This document shows positions 45,355 to 53,502 of a stretch of 64,000 nucleotides of DNA, one piece after another. Each line of letters starts with the position of its first letter. The first letter of the stretch is position 1. The notes under the pieces are model-generated. The model had not been told where the DNA came from. It worked only from the letters and a program-made list of their open reading frames with translations, and ran no database searches. Position numbers and translations under genes: made by a program. Origin of the DNA: an uncultured Erysipelotrichaceae bacterium (GTDB lineage: Bacteria; Bacillota_I; Bacilli_A; Erysipelotrichales; Erysipelotrichaceae); contig OMXQ01000006.1 in assembly GCA_900315065.1 (NCBI GenBank), positions 7,100 to 71,099 of the forward strand, in the 5' to 3' direction.

Positions 45355-45576
45355 TCAGTTCGGTGCTTCGGTCTTTTCCAGGGAATGAAGCGCCGTTCTT
45401 TTTCGTTCCGCTTTCCAGCGGGCAAATTCTTCCTGGATTTCCGGCCGGCGGAATTGTTCGCGGGTGATTTCGATCACCGCGCCGCATAATGCCTGCAGCT
45501 GTTCCGGCGGGATTTCCTCAAAACGGACAGGATCGCGAATATTTGCGTTCCTTTCTGCGTAATTTTCACGCGTCAC
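45355..45576 (-). CDS. Small hypothetical protein downstream of cro (start uncertain)
   Basis: ...IPPEQLQALCGAVIEITREQFRRPEIQEEFARWKAERKR. Confidence 0.55.
   Translation of the reverse strand: MTRENYAERNANIRDPVRFEEIPPEQLQALCGAVIEITREQFRRPEIQEEFARWKAERKRTALHSLEKTEAPN
45557..45571. promoter_or_regulatory. Operator copy GCGTAATTTTCACGC immediately downstream of cro
   Basis: 14/15 identical to the palindrome at 45817-45831. Confidence 0.65.
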
Positions 45577-45800
45577 AGTGTAAAAAAATAAACGCCGATT
45601 TCATCCTGCGGAATCTCAAGTGCGCTCGCCATCAGATGAATGTCCGATCGGCTCATTTCAACGGTGCCGGTAAGTCGCTGGTTTACCCACATGCGAGCTT
45701 TCCCGATTGCGTCCGCGAACGATTCCTGCGTATCGTACAATTCAGTGATCCGGCCGCGCAGTTTGTTGTTCTTGAATTCCGGTTTAAGCTGTTCGCTCAT
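45573..45800 (-). CDS. Cro-like HTH repressor (DUF739-like)
   Basis: NNKLRGRITELYDTQESFADAIG...IGVYFF; divergent from cI; AAAGGAG SD. Confidence 0.8.
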   Translation of the reverse strand: MSEQLKPEFKNNKLRGRITELYDTQESFADAIGKARMWVNQRLTGTVEMSRSDIHLMASALEIPQDEIGVYFFTL

Positions 45801-45816
45801 TGCGTTTCTCCTTTCT

Positions 45817-45866
45817 GCGTGATTTTCACGCATTCAAAATATACCTCTACGGATTAGCTATGTCAA
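45817..45866 (-). promoter_or_regulatory. Lytic promoter (TTGACA-17-TATATT) with operator GCGTGA-N3-TCACGC at 45817-45831
   Basis: -35 at 45866-45861, -10 at 45843-45838; perfect palindrome between start site and SD. Confidence 0.8.
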
Positions 45867-45970
45867 CACAAAAAGAAAAGAAAACCACGCAGAAAGTAAG
45901 CAAAAGCGTGAAAAAACGCGCTTTTCAGACAACATAATGCTATTATATTGGTGTAAAGGCGGTTGCGATA

Positions 45971-46336
45971 ATGTCAATATATAGCGAAAAATTCGGGAAA
46001 AAGCTCCGGCAGATAATGGAAGAAAAGAACATCCGGCAAGCTGATCTGGTACAGCGTACCGGCATACATCATGGAACAATAACGAATTACTACAAAGGAT
46101 TGTATATGCCACGCGGCGAAAAACTCACAAAAATAGCAAATGCCCTCAATGTCAGCGAAGCGTATTTATGCGGTTATTCGGATGAAGCTGCGCTGGATAA
46201 TTACTTGGACAATCTTTCCGAAGGCACAGCCGGTATTCTTGTGAGCGATCCGGAAGAAACCGCGGTTATTCAAGAGTATAGAAAAGCAGATGAGAAAACC
46301 CGCAAGGCATTGCGCGTTCTGCTTGGCTTGGAATAG
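45971..46336 (+). CDS. CI-like XRE family repressor
   Basis: LRQIMEEKNIRQADLVQRTGIHHGTITNY...IANALNVSEAYL. Confidence 0.88.
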   Translation: MSIYSEKFGKKLRQIMEEKNIRQADLVQRTGIHHGTITNYYKGLYMPRGEKLTKIANALNVSEAYLCGYSDEAALDNYLDNLSEGTAGILVSDPEETAVIQEYRKADEKTRKALRVLLGLE

Positions 46337-46344
46337 GAGAGAAT

Positions 46345-46938
46345 ATGACGCTCATCATTTTGGCGGCTATTGCCGTTGTACTGTTTATTGCTATCGATGC
46401 CATAATTCATCCGGAAAAGCAGGAAAAAGCACGTGCTGATATTCAGCGGCGAAAAGAAGAAAAGAAAAAGAAGAGAACGCCGGCTCCGGTCGTTTATCGT
46501 AAAACATTCGATGTCATTTCGGAAGACAAGAAATATGGCGTAATTGAATCCAGATTCGAAAAGAAGGAATTCTGGCAGAATGGTTTGTACCTCAGCAGTA
46601 TGCGCGAATTGAATGATGCCGGGTATGACGTTGGCGACATTATTTACAAATGGAACATTCAGCCATTAAGCTGCCGCGCCGATCCGAAAGAAAACGGCGC
46701 CGACATTTACGCGTCGGCTGATGGATCAGTATACGAATACATCGGAGTGATTCCGGATTTAGACGAAAGAAACAAGGATCTGTTTGTAGACAGTAAATTA
46801 ACTATAAAAGCCGAAGGTGGCACCGGTTACGAGATTCTTTACAATAGCAGCGCCCAGCGCCGGAAAAAAGGACCGGAGAAGTATTACCCCTGGCGGTTTT
46901 CCGTAAGCATAGAAAAGACGGTGGTTCCGGATGAGTAA
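46345..46938 (+). CDS. Membrane-anchored lysogeny-module protein (superinfection-exclusion position)
   Basis: N-terminal TM, basic linker, globular C-terminal domain; between cI and integrase. Confidence 0.6.
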   Translation: MTLIILAAIAVVLFIAIDAIIHPEKQEKARADIQRRKEEKKKKRTPAPVVYRKTFDVISEDKKYGVIESRFEKKEFWQNGLYLSSMRELNDAGYDVGDIIYKWNIQPLSCRADPKENGADIYASADGSVYEYIGVIPDLDERNKDLFVDSKLTIKAEGGTGYEILYNSSAQRRKKGPEKYYPWRFSVSIEKTVVPDE

Positions 46939-48490
46939 GAAGAAACCTGCAGAAAATACCGCTGTTAAGATTCCGGCCGTCATATATGCCAGGTATTCCA
47001 GCTCTGGCCAGCGCGAAGAATCCATCGAAGGCCAGATCCGAGAATGTACCGAATACGCGGAGCGACACGGCTTCGTAATCGTGGAACATTATACTGATAA
47101 GGCATTAACCGGCCGTACAGACAAACGCCCAGGATTTCAAAAAATGATCGCCGACAGCGAAAAATGCACATTTCAGGCTGTTATTTGCTGGAAAACCGAT
47201 CGGTTTGCCCGAAACAGGTACGATGCTGCCACGTACAAATACAAGCTGAAAAAGAACGGCGTCCGTTTGTATTATGCCCGGGAAGCTGTTCCGGAAGGCC
47301 CGGAAGGCATCATCCTGGAATCGGTTATGGAAGGCTTCGCGGAATATTACAGCGCCAATCTTTCTGAGAATGTAAAACGCGGATATTATGACAGTGCCCT
47401 GCAGTATAAAACCCTTGGCCATAAGGTGCTTGGATACCGGCGCAGCGCGTCCGATCAATACGAGATTGACCCGGAAACGGCGCCGATCGTTAAGCGGATC
47501 TTTGATGAATACGCCAGCGGCCGCAGCATGCAGGATATCATCGCCGATCTGAACGCCGAAGGATACAAAACCACCGCCGGCGGCCTGTTTAATAAATCCA
47601 GCCTGCGCAGAATTCTGCAGAACAAGAAGTATATCGGCGTATATGAATACCGCGACATATACGCCGAAGACGGCGTGCCGGCAATCATCGACCGCGATTT
47701 ATTCGACCGAGTGGCGGAGCGTCTTAAACTGAAAGCCCATGCGCCCAGAGCACGCGAAGGCGTCCGCTTCCTGCTTACCTCAAAATTATTCTGTGGATAC
47801 TGCGGCGAGCCCATGACGGGAGAAAGCGCACGCGGCGAACACGGCCAGACATATTACTATTACACATGTAATAACCGGAAGCGCGGCACATGCCGGAAAA
47901 AGCGAGTAAACAAGGAAGATTTCGAGAACTTTGTAATTTCCAGCCTGGTGGAAATTCTGCAGGATGATTATTATATTGAAACGCTGGCGGATCTCTGTTT
48001 GAAACAGATCGAAGAAACGCGGGACGACAGCACGCTGCAGATCATTGAGCGAAAGCAGAAGGAAAACCAGAAAGCAATCGACAATATGATAACGGCAATA
48101 AAAGCCGGGATCATAACCAGCAGCACGAAAGAAGCTCTGCAGGAATTGGAAACCGAACGGGAGCGCCTGCAGGTAGCATATGCCAAGGAAATAATGAAAA
48201 CACCGGATATCGACCGGGACCAGATTATTTTCATTTTGGACAAAATCCGAAAAGGCGATCCAGCCGACACACGATACCAGGTCCGGATCGTTGAAACGTT
48301 CCTGAATTCTATATATCTGTATGACGACGGCAAAACCGTCATACATTTGAATTTCAAGGGAGATAACGCTACCGTAACACTGGCGTATACAGAAAAGGCG
48401 GCGGCCAAAGCCGAACCAGTCAAAAGTTCGACTAATGAGCCGCCAGCCCTGCCATTATATTTTTACGGCTTTGAAAAAAATACCTTGTAA
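46931..48490 (+). CDS. Large serine recombinase (integrase)
   Basis: VIYARYSS catalytic Ser, DRFARNR, recombinase domain, CGYCG...YYYTC zinc ribbon, coiled coil. Confidence 0.95.
   Translation: MSKKKPAENTAVKIPAVIYARYSSSGQREESIEGQIRECTEYAERHGFVIVEHYTDKALTGRTDKRPGFQKMIADSEKCTFQAVICWKTDRFARNRYDAATYKYKLKKNGVRLYYAREAVPEGPEGIILESVMEGFAEYYSANLSENVKRGYYDSALQYKTLGHKVLGYRRSASDQYEIDPETAPIVKRIFDEYASGRSMQDIIADLNAEGYKTTAGGLFNKSSLRRILQNKKYIGVYEYRDIYAEDGVPAIIDRDLFDRVAERLKLKAHAPRAREGVRFLLTSKLFCGYCGEPMTGESARGEHGQTYYYYTCNNRKRGTCRKKRVNKEDFENFVISSLVEILQDDYYIETLADLCLKQIEETRDDSTLQIIERKQKENQKAIDNMITAIKAGIITSSTKEALQELETERERLQVAYAKEIMKTPDIDRDQIIFILDKIRKGDPADTRYQVRIVETFLNSIYLYDDGKTVIHLNFKGDNATVTLAYTEKAAAKAEPVKSSTNEPPALPLYFYGFEKNTL
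48447..48455 (+). repeat. att core CCCTGCCAT (right junction, inside integrase ORF)
   Basis: Identical to 14219-14227. Confidence 0.8.
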
Positions 48491-48526
48491 TTCTGTTGCA
48501 GTATGGTAATATATCAAAGCACTGCT

Positions 48527-48603
48527 GGCAAGTTGGTGAAGCGGCTTAACACACCGCCCTTTCACGGCGGCACTCACGGGTTCGAATCCCGTACTTGTCA
48601 CCA
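48527..48603 (+). tRNA. tRNA-Glu (TTC), identical to 14069-14145
   Basis: 77/77 identity; own TTGTAA...TGnTAATAT promoter. Confidence 0.95.
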
Positions 48604-48606
48604 TGT

Positions 48607-48637
48607 ATGATAAGATTCCGGTCTTATCATTTTTTTT
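48607..48637 (+). terminator. Terminator after tRNA-Glu
   Basis: ATGATAAGA-TTCCGG-TCTTATCAT-TTTTTTT. Confidence 0.8.
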
Positions 48638-48718
48638 GCTTATCAGGAACATAAAAGGGGAGACCTCAGTCTGACTGATGTCTCCCTGTTTTGTTTGTAT
48701 TGGTTTATTGGTTTGTTG

Positions 48719-50479
48719 TTATTCATCCCATTGGGCATTGAACAAAGAAGCGTAGAAGCCTTTCTTCGCAAGAAGCTGTTCATGAGTTCCATGTTCAATG
48801 ACAGTGCCATGCTGAAGAACGAGAATTTCATCCGCGGATTTGATCGTAGATAAGCGGTGGGCAATAATGAAGGTCGTTTTGCCTTTGCAAAGTTCCATCA
48901 TAGCTTTCTGAATCTTCTGTTCGGTATTGGAATCTACGTTGGAAGTGGCTTCGTCGAGAATTAACATTCTGGCTTCTGATAACATGGCTCTGGCAATTGT
49001 CATCAGCTGTTTCTGGCCTTTGGAAATATTGACGCCGTCATCGGAAAGGACGGTATCGTAGCCGTCTTTGAGAGAAGTGATGAAGTCATGGATATCAACT
49101 TTCTTACAAACTTCCTCAACTTCTTCCCTGGTGACGTTGTCTCGTCCATATGCGATGTTCTGATAAATAGAGCCGGTGAACATCCAGGTGTCCTGGAGAA
49201 CCATTGAGAACTGGGCCCGCAGGCTGTCACGCGTGCAGTGAACGATGTCATGACCGTCAATCCGGATGGTACCGGCATCCGGGTCATAGAAACGCATGAG
49301 CAGGTTGATGATCGTTGTCTTGCCCGCTCCGGTCGGACCGACTATGGCAATCATTTTCCCGGCATCTGCCTTCAGATTCAGATCATGAATGATTTCTCTG
49401 CCAGGAATATAGGAGAATCTGACATGTTCAAAGGTAACATCGCCTTTAGCGTGATCCAGTACATAAGCATCCTTGTCGTCTGCTTTTTCACCCGGTTCAT
49501 CGAGTAATGCAAAGACACGTCTTGCTGCAGAAATCGCAGATTGCAGATCCGCAATGATTTCGGCAATGCCTGAGATCGGGCCGCTGAAGCGCTTGGAATA
49601 CAGGATGAAGGAAGAAATGGAACCGATCGTAATTGCCTGATGGAGATAGAGCAGACCGCCGATACCGGAGATCAGAGCTAATGACAGGTTGTTTACGAAA
49701 GCAACCGTCGGACCGATCAGGGTTCCCTGATAATCTGCTTCGTAGTAAGTAGTGACGGCATCTTCATTTTTCTGATCAAATTTTCCAGTGATGGTTTCTT
49801 CTCTGCCATAAGCCTTGATCGTCTTATGACCGGATAACATCTCTTCGACAAAGCCATTGAGTTCGCCCAGTTTACGTGAACGCAGATGAAACAAAGGACG
49901 CACGACGGCTGCTCTGTGTCTGGTCAGGAAGATGATGAACGGCGTCGTTACGGCAAAGATCACACAGAGCGTCGGTGAAATCCGGATCATCATGACAAGG
50001 GAACCGACGACGGTAATCATGCTGGTTGCGACTTCAATCAAATCGGAAGAAAGCGAAGTGTTGATCGTATCGATGTCATAGCTGATGCGGGAAATAATAT
50101 CACCCGCGGCAGTCTTGTCAAAGAAACTGACTGGCAATGTCATCAGGTGGTCAAAGACTTCCTTGCGCATTTCTGCAGTTACTTTTGAGCCGATGCGGAT
50201 AATCAGCACCTGGGTCAGCCAGGCGCAAAGAGAAGAAGCGCCGACGCAAAGAGCCATATTGATACAAAGTGCAATGACCTTCTCAAAGTTGACATTGTGT
50301 GCTGTACCGATTGCATCAATTGCTCTGCCCGCAAAGGAAGGAATAAACAAGGCCAGGATATTGGAAAACAGGGTCATGGCTGCTGCTGTAAACAACAGTA
50401 CCTTATGTCTCATCAGATAGGTCAATGTCCGCTTCAGTGTCTTCGCTGCTGAAGCTTTTTTTGTCTTGTGTTCAGTCAA
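48719..50479 (-). CDS. ABC exporter, fused TMD-NBD (degenerate signature subunit)
   Basis: GPTGAGKT, ISKGQKQL, LILDEATS; TTG start after GGAGG. Confidence 0.9.
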   Translation of the reverse strand: MTEHKTKKASAAKTLKRTLTYLMRHKVLLFTAAAMTLFSNILALFIPSFAGRAIDAIGTAHNVNFEKVIALCINMALCVGASSLCAWLTQVLIIRIGSKVTAEMRKEVFDHLMTLPVSFFDKTAAGDIISRISYDIDTINTSLSSDLIEVATSMITVVGSLVMMIRISPTLCVIFAVTTPFIIFLTRHRAAVVRPLFHLRSRKLGELNGFVEEMLSGHKTIKAYGREETITGKFDQKNEDAVTTYYEADYQGTLIGPTVAFVNNLSLALISGIGGLLYLHQAITIGSISSFILYSKRFSGPISGIAEIIADLQSAISAARRVFALLDEPGEKADDKDAYVLDHAKGDVTFEHVRFSYIPGREIIHDLNLKADAGKMIAIVGPTGAGKTTIINLLMRFYDPDAGTIRIDGHDIVHCTRDSLRAQFSMVLQDTWMFTGSIYQNIAYGRDNVTREEVEEVCKKVDIHDFITSLKDGYDTVLSDDGVNISKGQKQLMTIARAMLSEARMLILDEATSNVDSNTEQKIQKAMMELCKGKTTFIIAHRLSTIKSADEILVLQHGTVIEHGTHEQLLAKKGFYASLFNAQWDE

Positions 50480-52196
50480 AAAGAGCACCTCCCATCTGTG
50501 AATCTGCAATGGATGCGTAGAGCTTGTTGGAAGCTAATAGCTGTTCATGCGTGCCGATGCCGCTGATTTTGCCGTGATCAAGAACCAGGATCTGATTACA
50601 GTTCTTCAAAGAAGAAACCCGCTGGGCAATGATGATCATCGTAGTATCCGGATATTTTTCATTCAGTGCTTTTCTCAATAAGGCATCTGTCTGATAATCC
50701 AGGGCAGAAGAAGAATCATCCAGCAGCAGGAACGGCGGCTTGTTGGCAAAAGCACGGCTGAGCAGAATTCTCTGTCTCTGACCGCCGGAAAGATTGGTTC
50801 CTTTGGAGGTCAGATGATATTGGGTGGTATCTTCCAGCTGGCTGATGAATTCGGCTGCCTGGGCATTGGTAACGGCTTCGTCGATGTCTTCTTCCGGAAC
50901 GCTTCTTCCAAAGCGGATATTTTCCGCAACAGTATCCGCAAACAGGAAATCATTCTGCATGACGATCCCGAACTGGCTTCTTAACTTCGCCGGTTCAATC
51001 GAACGGATGTCTTTGCCGTTAAGATAAATGGCGCCTTCATCCAGGTGATAGAAATGAAGCAGAAGGGAAAGAATGGTTGTCTTGCCGGAACCGGTAGCAC
51101 CGATGATGCCGAGGGTTTCTCCTTTCTTTAAATGAAAGGAAATGTGTTCCACGTTGTCTTTTACCTTAAGGTAAGAGAAAGTAACATCTTTGAATTCCAG
51201 TGCATAGTCCGGATTGCCGTCCGGATAGTTTTCAATCTTCCAGTTTTTTTCAGTAGGGGTATTGAGAACTTCCATGATTCGTCTGCTGGAAGCCATGCCT
51301 CGTGAATACATGATAAACATTCTGGAAATTGCCATCAGGGAACGGGAGATCATCTGGAAGTAGTTCATGAAGGCAAGAATTTTACCCGTTTCACTCAGAC
51401 CTGCATTGACTCTCCAGGCACCGATCAGAATAACGCCGATCATCCCGCCGTAAAGGAAGAAATTCATCAATGGATTGATAATAGCCATAACAGTATTGGC
51501 ATGAATTTCCTTTTTCTTCATGTCCTCGTTTGTTTCAGAGAAACGGTTTTTTTCATATTCCGTTCTGCTCAGGGCTTTGATCACCCGGATGCCCTGGGCA
51601 TTTTCTCTGGTGACCTGGACCATATCGTCACTGGCCTGCTGGACCTTGGAAAATAAAGGGACGCCTTTGGCCGCCCGGAAATAGACAATCAGGCACATAA
51701 ACGGAATGACCGCAAGGAATACAAGCGCCAGAACCGGTTCCATGAAGAAACAAAGAACCAGACCGCCGGCTGTAATAATCGGGGCTCTGACACCCATTCT
51801 CTGCATCATGCCGATCATCCTGTGAACGTTGTATGTGTCACTGGTCAGTCTTGATTCAAGCGAAGGAATCGTAATTTCATCCGTCTTTTCACAGCTGAGA
51901 TACAGGGTATGTTCAAACAGATCATGCCGGATTTTACGGGTAACATCTCTGGCTACCCGGGATGCATTCCGGTTGGCAAGAATGTTGAACTGCCAGGCAC
52001 CGATTGCACACAGGATCATAATGCCCGCCCAGATCAGAATTCCTCTTTCATCACCTGCCGGGACAATGTCATCAATGATATGAGAAAGAATATCCGGTAA
52101 CAGCAGTTCCAGGAATGCACCGCCTGCTTTGAATACAAAGCCGATGACCATGACGGCAATGAAAGGTCTGATATAATCACGCAATCTCTTGTTCAT
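50472..52196 (-). CDS. ABC exporter, fused TMD-NBD (heterodimer partner)
   Basis: GATGSGKT, LSGGQRQR, LLLDDSSSALD. Confidence 0.9.
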   Translation of the reverse strand: MNKRLRDYIRPFIAVMVIGFVFKAGGAFLELLLPDILSHIIDDIVPAGDERGILIWAGIMILCAIGAWQFNILANRNASRVARDVTRKIRHDLFEHTLYLSCEKTDEITIPSLESRLTSDTYNVHRMIGMMQRMGVRAPIITAGGLVLCFFMEPVLALVFLAVIPFMCLIVYFRAAKGVPLFSKVQQASDDMVQVTRENAQGIRVIKALSRTEYEKNRFSETNEDMKKKEIHANTVMAIINPLMNFFLYGGMIGVILIGAWRVNAGLSETGKILAFMNYFQMISRSLMAISRMFIMYSRGMASSRRIMEVLNTPTEKNWKIENYPDGNPDYALEFKDVTFSYLKVKDNVEHISFHLKKGETLGIIGATGSGKTTILSLLLHFYHLDEGAIYLNGKDIRSIEPAKLRSQFGIVMQNDFLFADTVAENIRFGRSVPEEDIDEAVTNAQAAEFISQLEDTTQYHLTSKGTNLSGGQRQRILLSRAFANKPPFLLLDDSSSALDYQTDALLRKALNEKYPDTTMIIIAQRVSSLKNCNQILVLDHGKISGIGTHEQLLASNKLYASIADSQMGGALFD

Positions 52197-52298
52197 AGGT
52201 AGAATTATACAATTATATGAAGAAAAACCTACGTCTTTTCAAAAAAGGAAACACATATAAAAAACCGGTCTGTAACAAACCGGTCATCTTTTTCATGA

Positions 52299-52372
52299 TG
52301 GAGCAGGCGACGGGAATCGGACCCGCGTGTTCAGCTTGGGAAGCTGACATTCTACCATTGAACTACGCCTGC
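52299..52372 (-). tRNA. tRNA-Gly (CCC)
   Basis: GCAGGCG acceptor stem, TCAGC-TT-CCC-AA-GCTGA anticodon arm, CCA end. Confidence 0.92.
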
Positions 52373-52431
52373 GTGCTGTTAATGATTATACTACAACTGC
52401 CAGCTTTCGCAAAGACAGGTATAATAGGATC

Positions 52432-53502
52432 ATGCAATTTGAAAGAGAAACAGCTGAGCATCTGGTCAGCTGGTACGACAAAAACAAAAGGAAGCTGCCA
52501 TGGCGGGATACCGGCAATCCATATGATGTCTGGATTTCGGAAATCATGCTGCAGCAGACCAGAATCGAAGCAGTCAGAGACAAGTATGCCTTATTCAGGA
52601 AAGAACTTCCGACGATTCAGGATCTTGCAGCATGTGAAGATGACAAGCTCATGCGGATCTGGGAAGGGCTGGGCTATTATTCCAGAGCCCGCAACCTGAA
52701 AAAATGTGCGCAGATTCTGGTAGAGAAATATGAAGGAAAACTGCCGGCGGACGTTGAAAAACTGAAATCTCTGCCCGGCATCGGCCCCTATACAGCCGGA
52801 GCAATCGGTTCGATCTGTTTTGGTTTGCCGGTCTATGCAGTGGACGGCAATGTCTTACGGGTTCTGGCAAGATATTTTGAAATCCGGGATGATGTCCGTG
52901 ATCTGAAAACTGTGTCAGAAATCAGAGATACGCTGCGCAGTATTTATGAAAACAAAGAACCTTCTCCTTTCTTTTCAGCCCTGAACCAGGGATTGATGGA
53001 ACTGGGAGAAACTTTATGTGTACCGAATGGTCTGCCCAGGTGCGGGGATTGTCCTTTGAAGAATCGGTGCAGAACCCATGCAAAGGGATGCTATGAAGAA
53101 ATTCCTTACAGGTCTCCTCTGAAGCCGAGAAAGATTATCAACAGAACACTGCTGGTCATCCGGGACGGGGATTCTTTCCTGCTTCATAAAAGATCTGCTT
53201 CCGGCCTGCTTGCCGGTCTGTATGAATTTCCAGGCGTCGATCAGACCTTGACGAAAGAAGAAGTGGAAAAGGAAACGGAAAAGATGAACTTTGAACCATT
53301 GTGCATCAAAGCACTTCCTGATTCCAAACACATCTTCACTCATCTTGAATGGCACATGAAAGCATATGAAATCACGGTGTCGGAGATCCATTCCAAGGGC
53401 AGCTCTTATGTGCTTGCCAACAAAAAAGAATTGTCACAACTGGCAATTCCTTCTGCGTTTAAAACGTATATTGACTGGTACTCGCTCAGAGATCAGAAGT
53501 GA
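52432..53502 (+). CDS. mutY: A/G-specific adenine glycosylase
   Basis: VWISEIMLQQT, WEGLGYYSRARNL, LPGIGPYTAGAI, VDGNVLRV, CX6CX2CX5C Fe-S motif, NUDIX-like C-terminus. Confidence 0.95.
   Translation: MQFERETAEHLVSWYDKNKRKLPWRDTGNPYDVWISEIMLQQTRIEAVRDKYALFRKELPTIQDLAACEDDKLMRIWEGLGYYSRARNLKKCAQILVEKYEGKLPADVEKLKSLPGIGPYTAGAIGSICFGLPVYAVDGNVLRVLARYFEIRDDVRDLKTVSEIRDTLRSIYENKEPSPFFSALNQGLMELGETLCVPNGLPRCGDCPLKNRCRTHAKGCYEEIPYRSPLKPRKIINRTLLVIRDGDSFLLHKRSASGLLAGLYEFPGVDQTLTKEEVEKETEKMNFEPLCIKALPDSKHIFTHLEWHMKAYEITVSEIHSKGSSYVLANKKELSQLAIPSAFKTYIDWYSLRDQK

Larger units (their letters stand above)
14219..48455. mobile_element. Temperate siphovirus-type prophage (~34.2 kb) carrying a DGR
   Basis: Ordered lysis, tail, head, packaging, replication, recombination, immunity and integrase modules; flanked by CCCTGCCAT repeats. 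Confidence 0.93.

Noticed and set aside
14228-48446. A second DGR variable repeat elsewhere in the prophage
   Set aside because: No further copy of the TR invariant segments was spotted by eye; a BLASTn of TR against the genome is needed to exclude remote targets.
14069-48603. 77-bp tRNA-Glu direct repeat as prophage attL/attR
   Set aside because: It would place tRNA-Trp inside the phage. Serine integrases use short cores, and the 9-bp CCCTGCCAT junction restores a longer integrase ORF plus terminator. Not fully excluded without an empty-site genome.
52217-52699. 160-aa ORF upstream of mutY
   Set aside because: Spans tRNA-Gly on the opposite strand and mutY in another frame.
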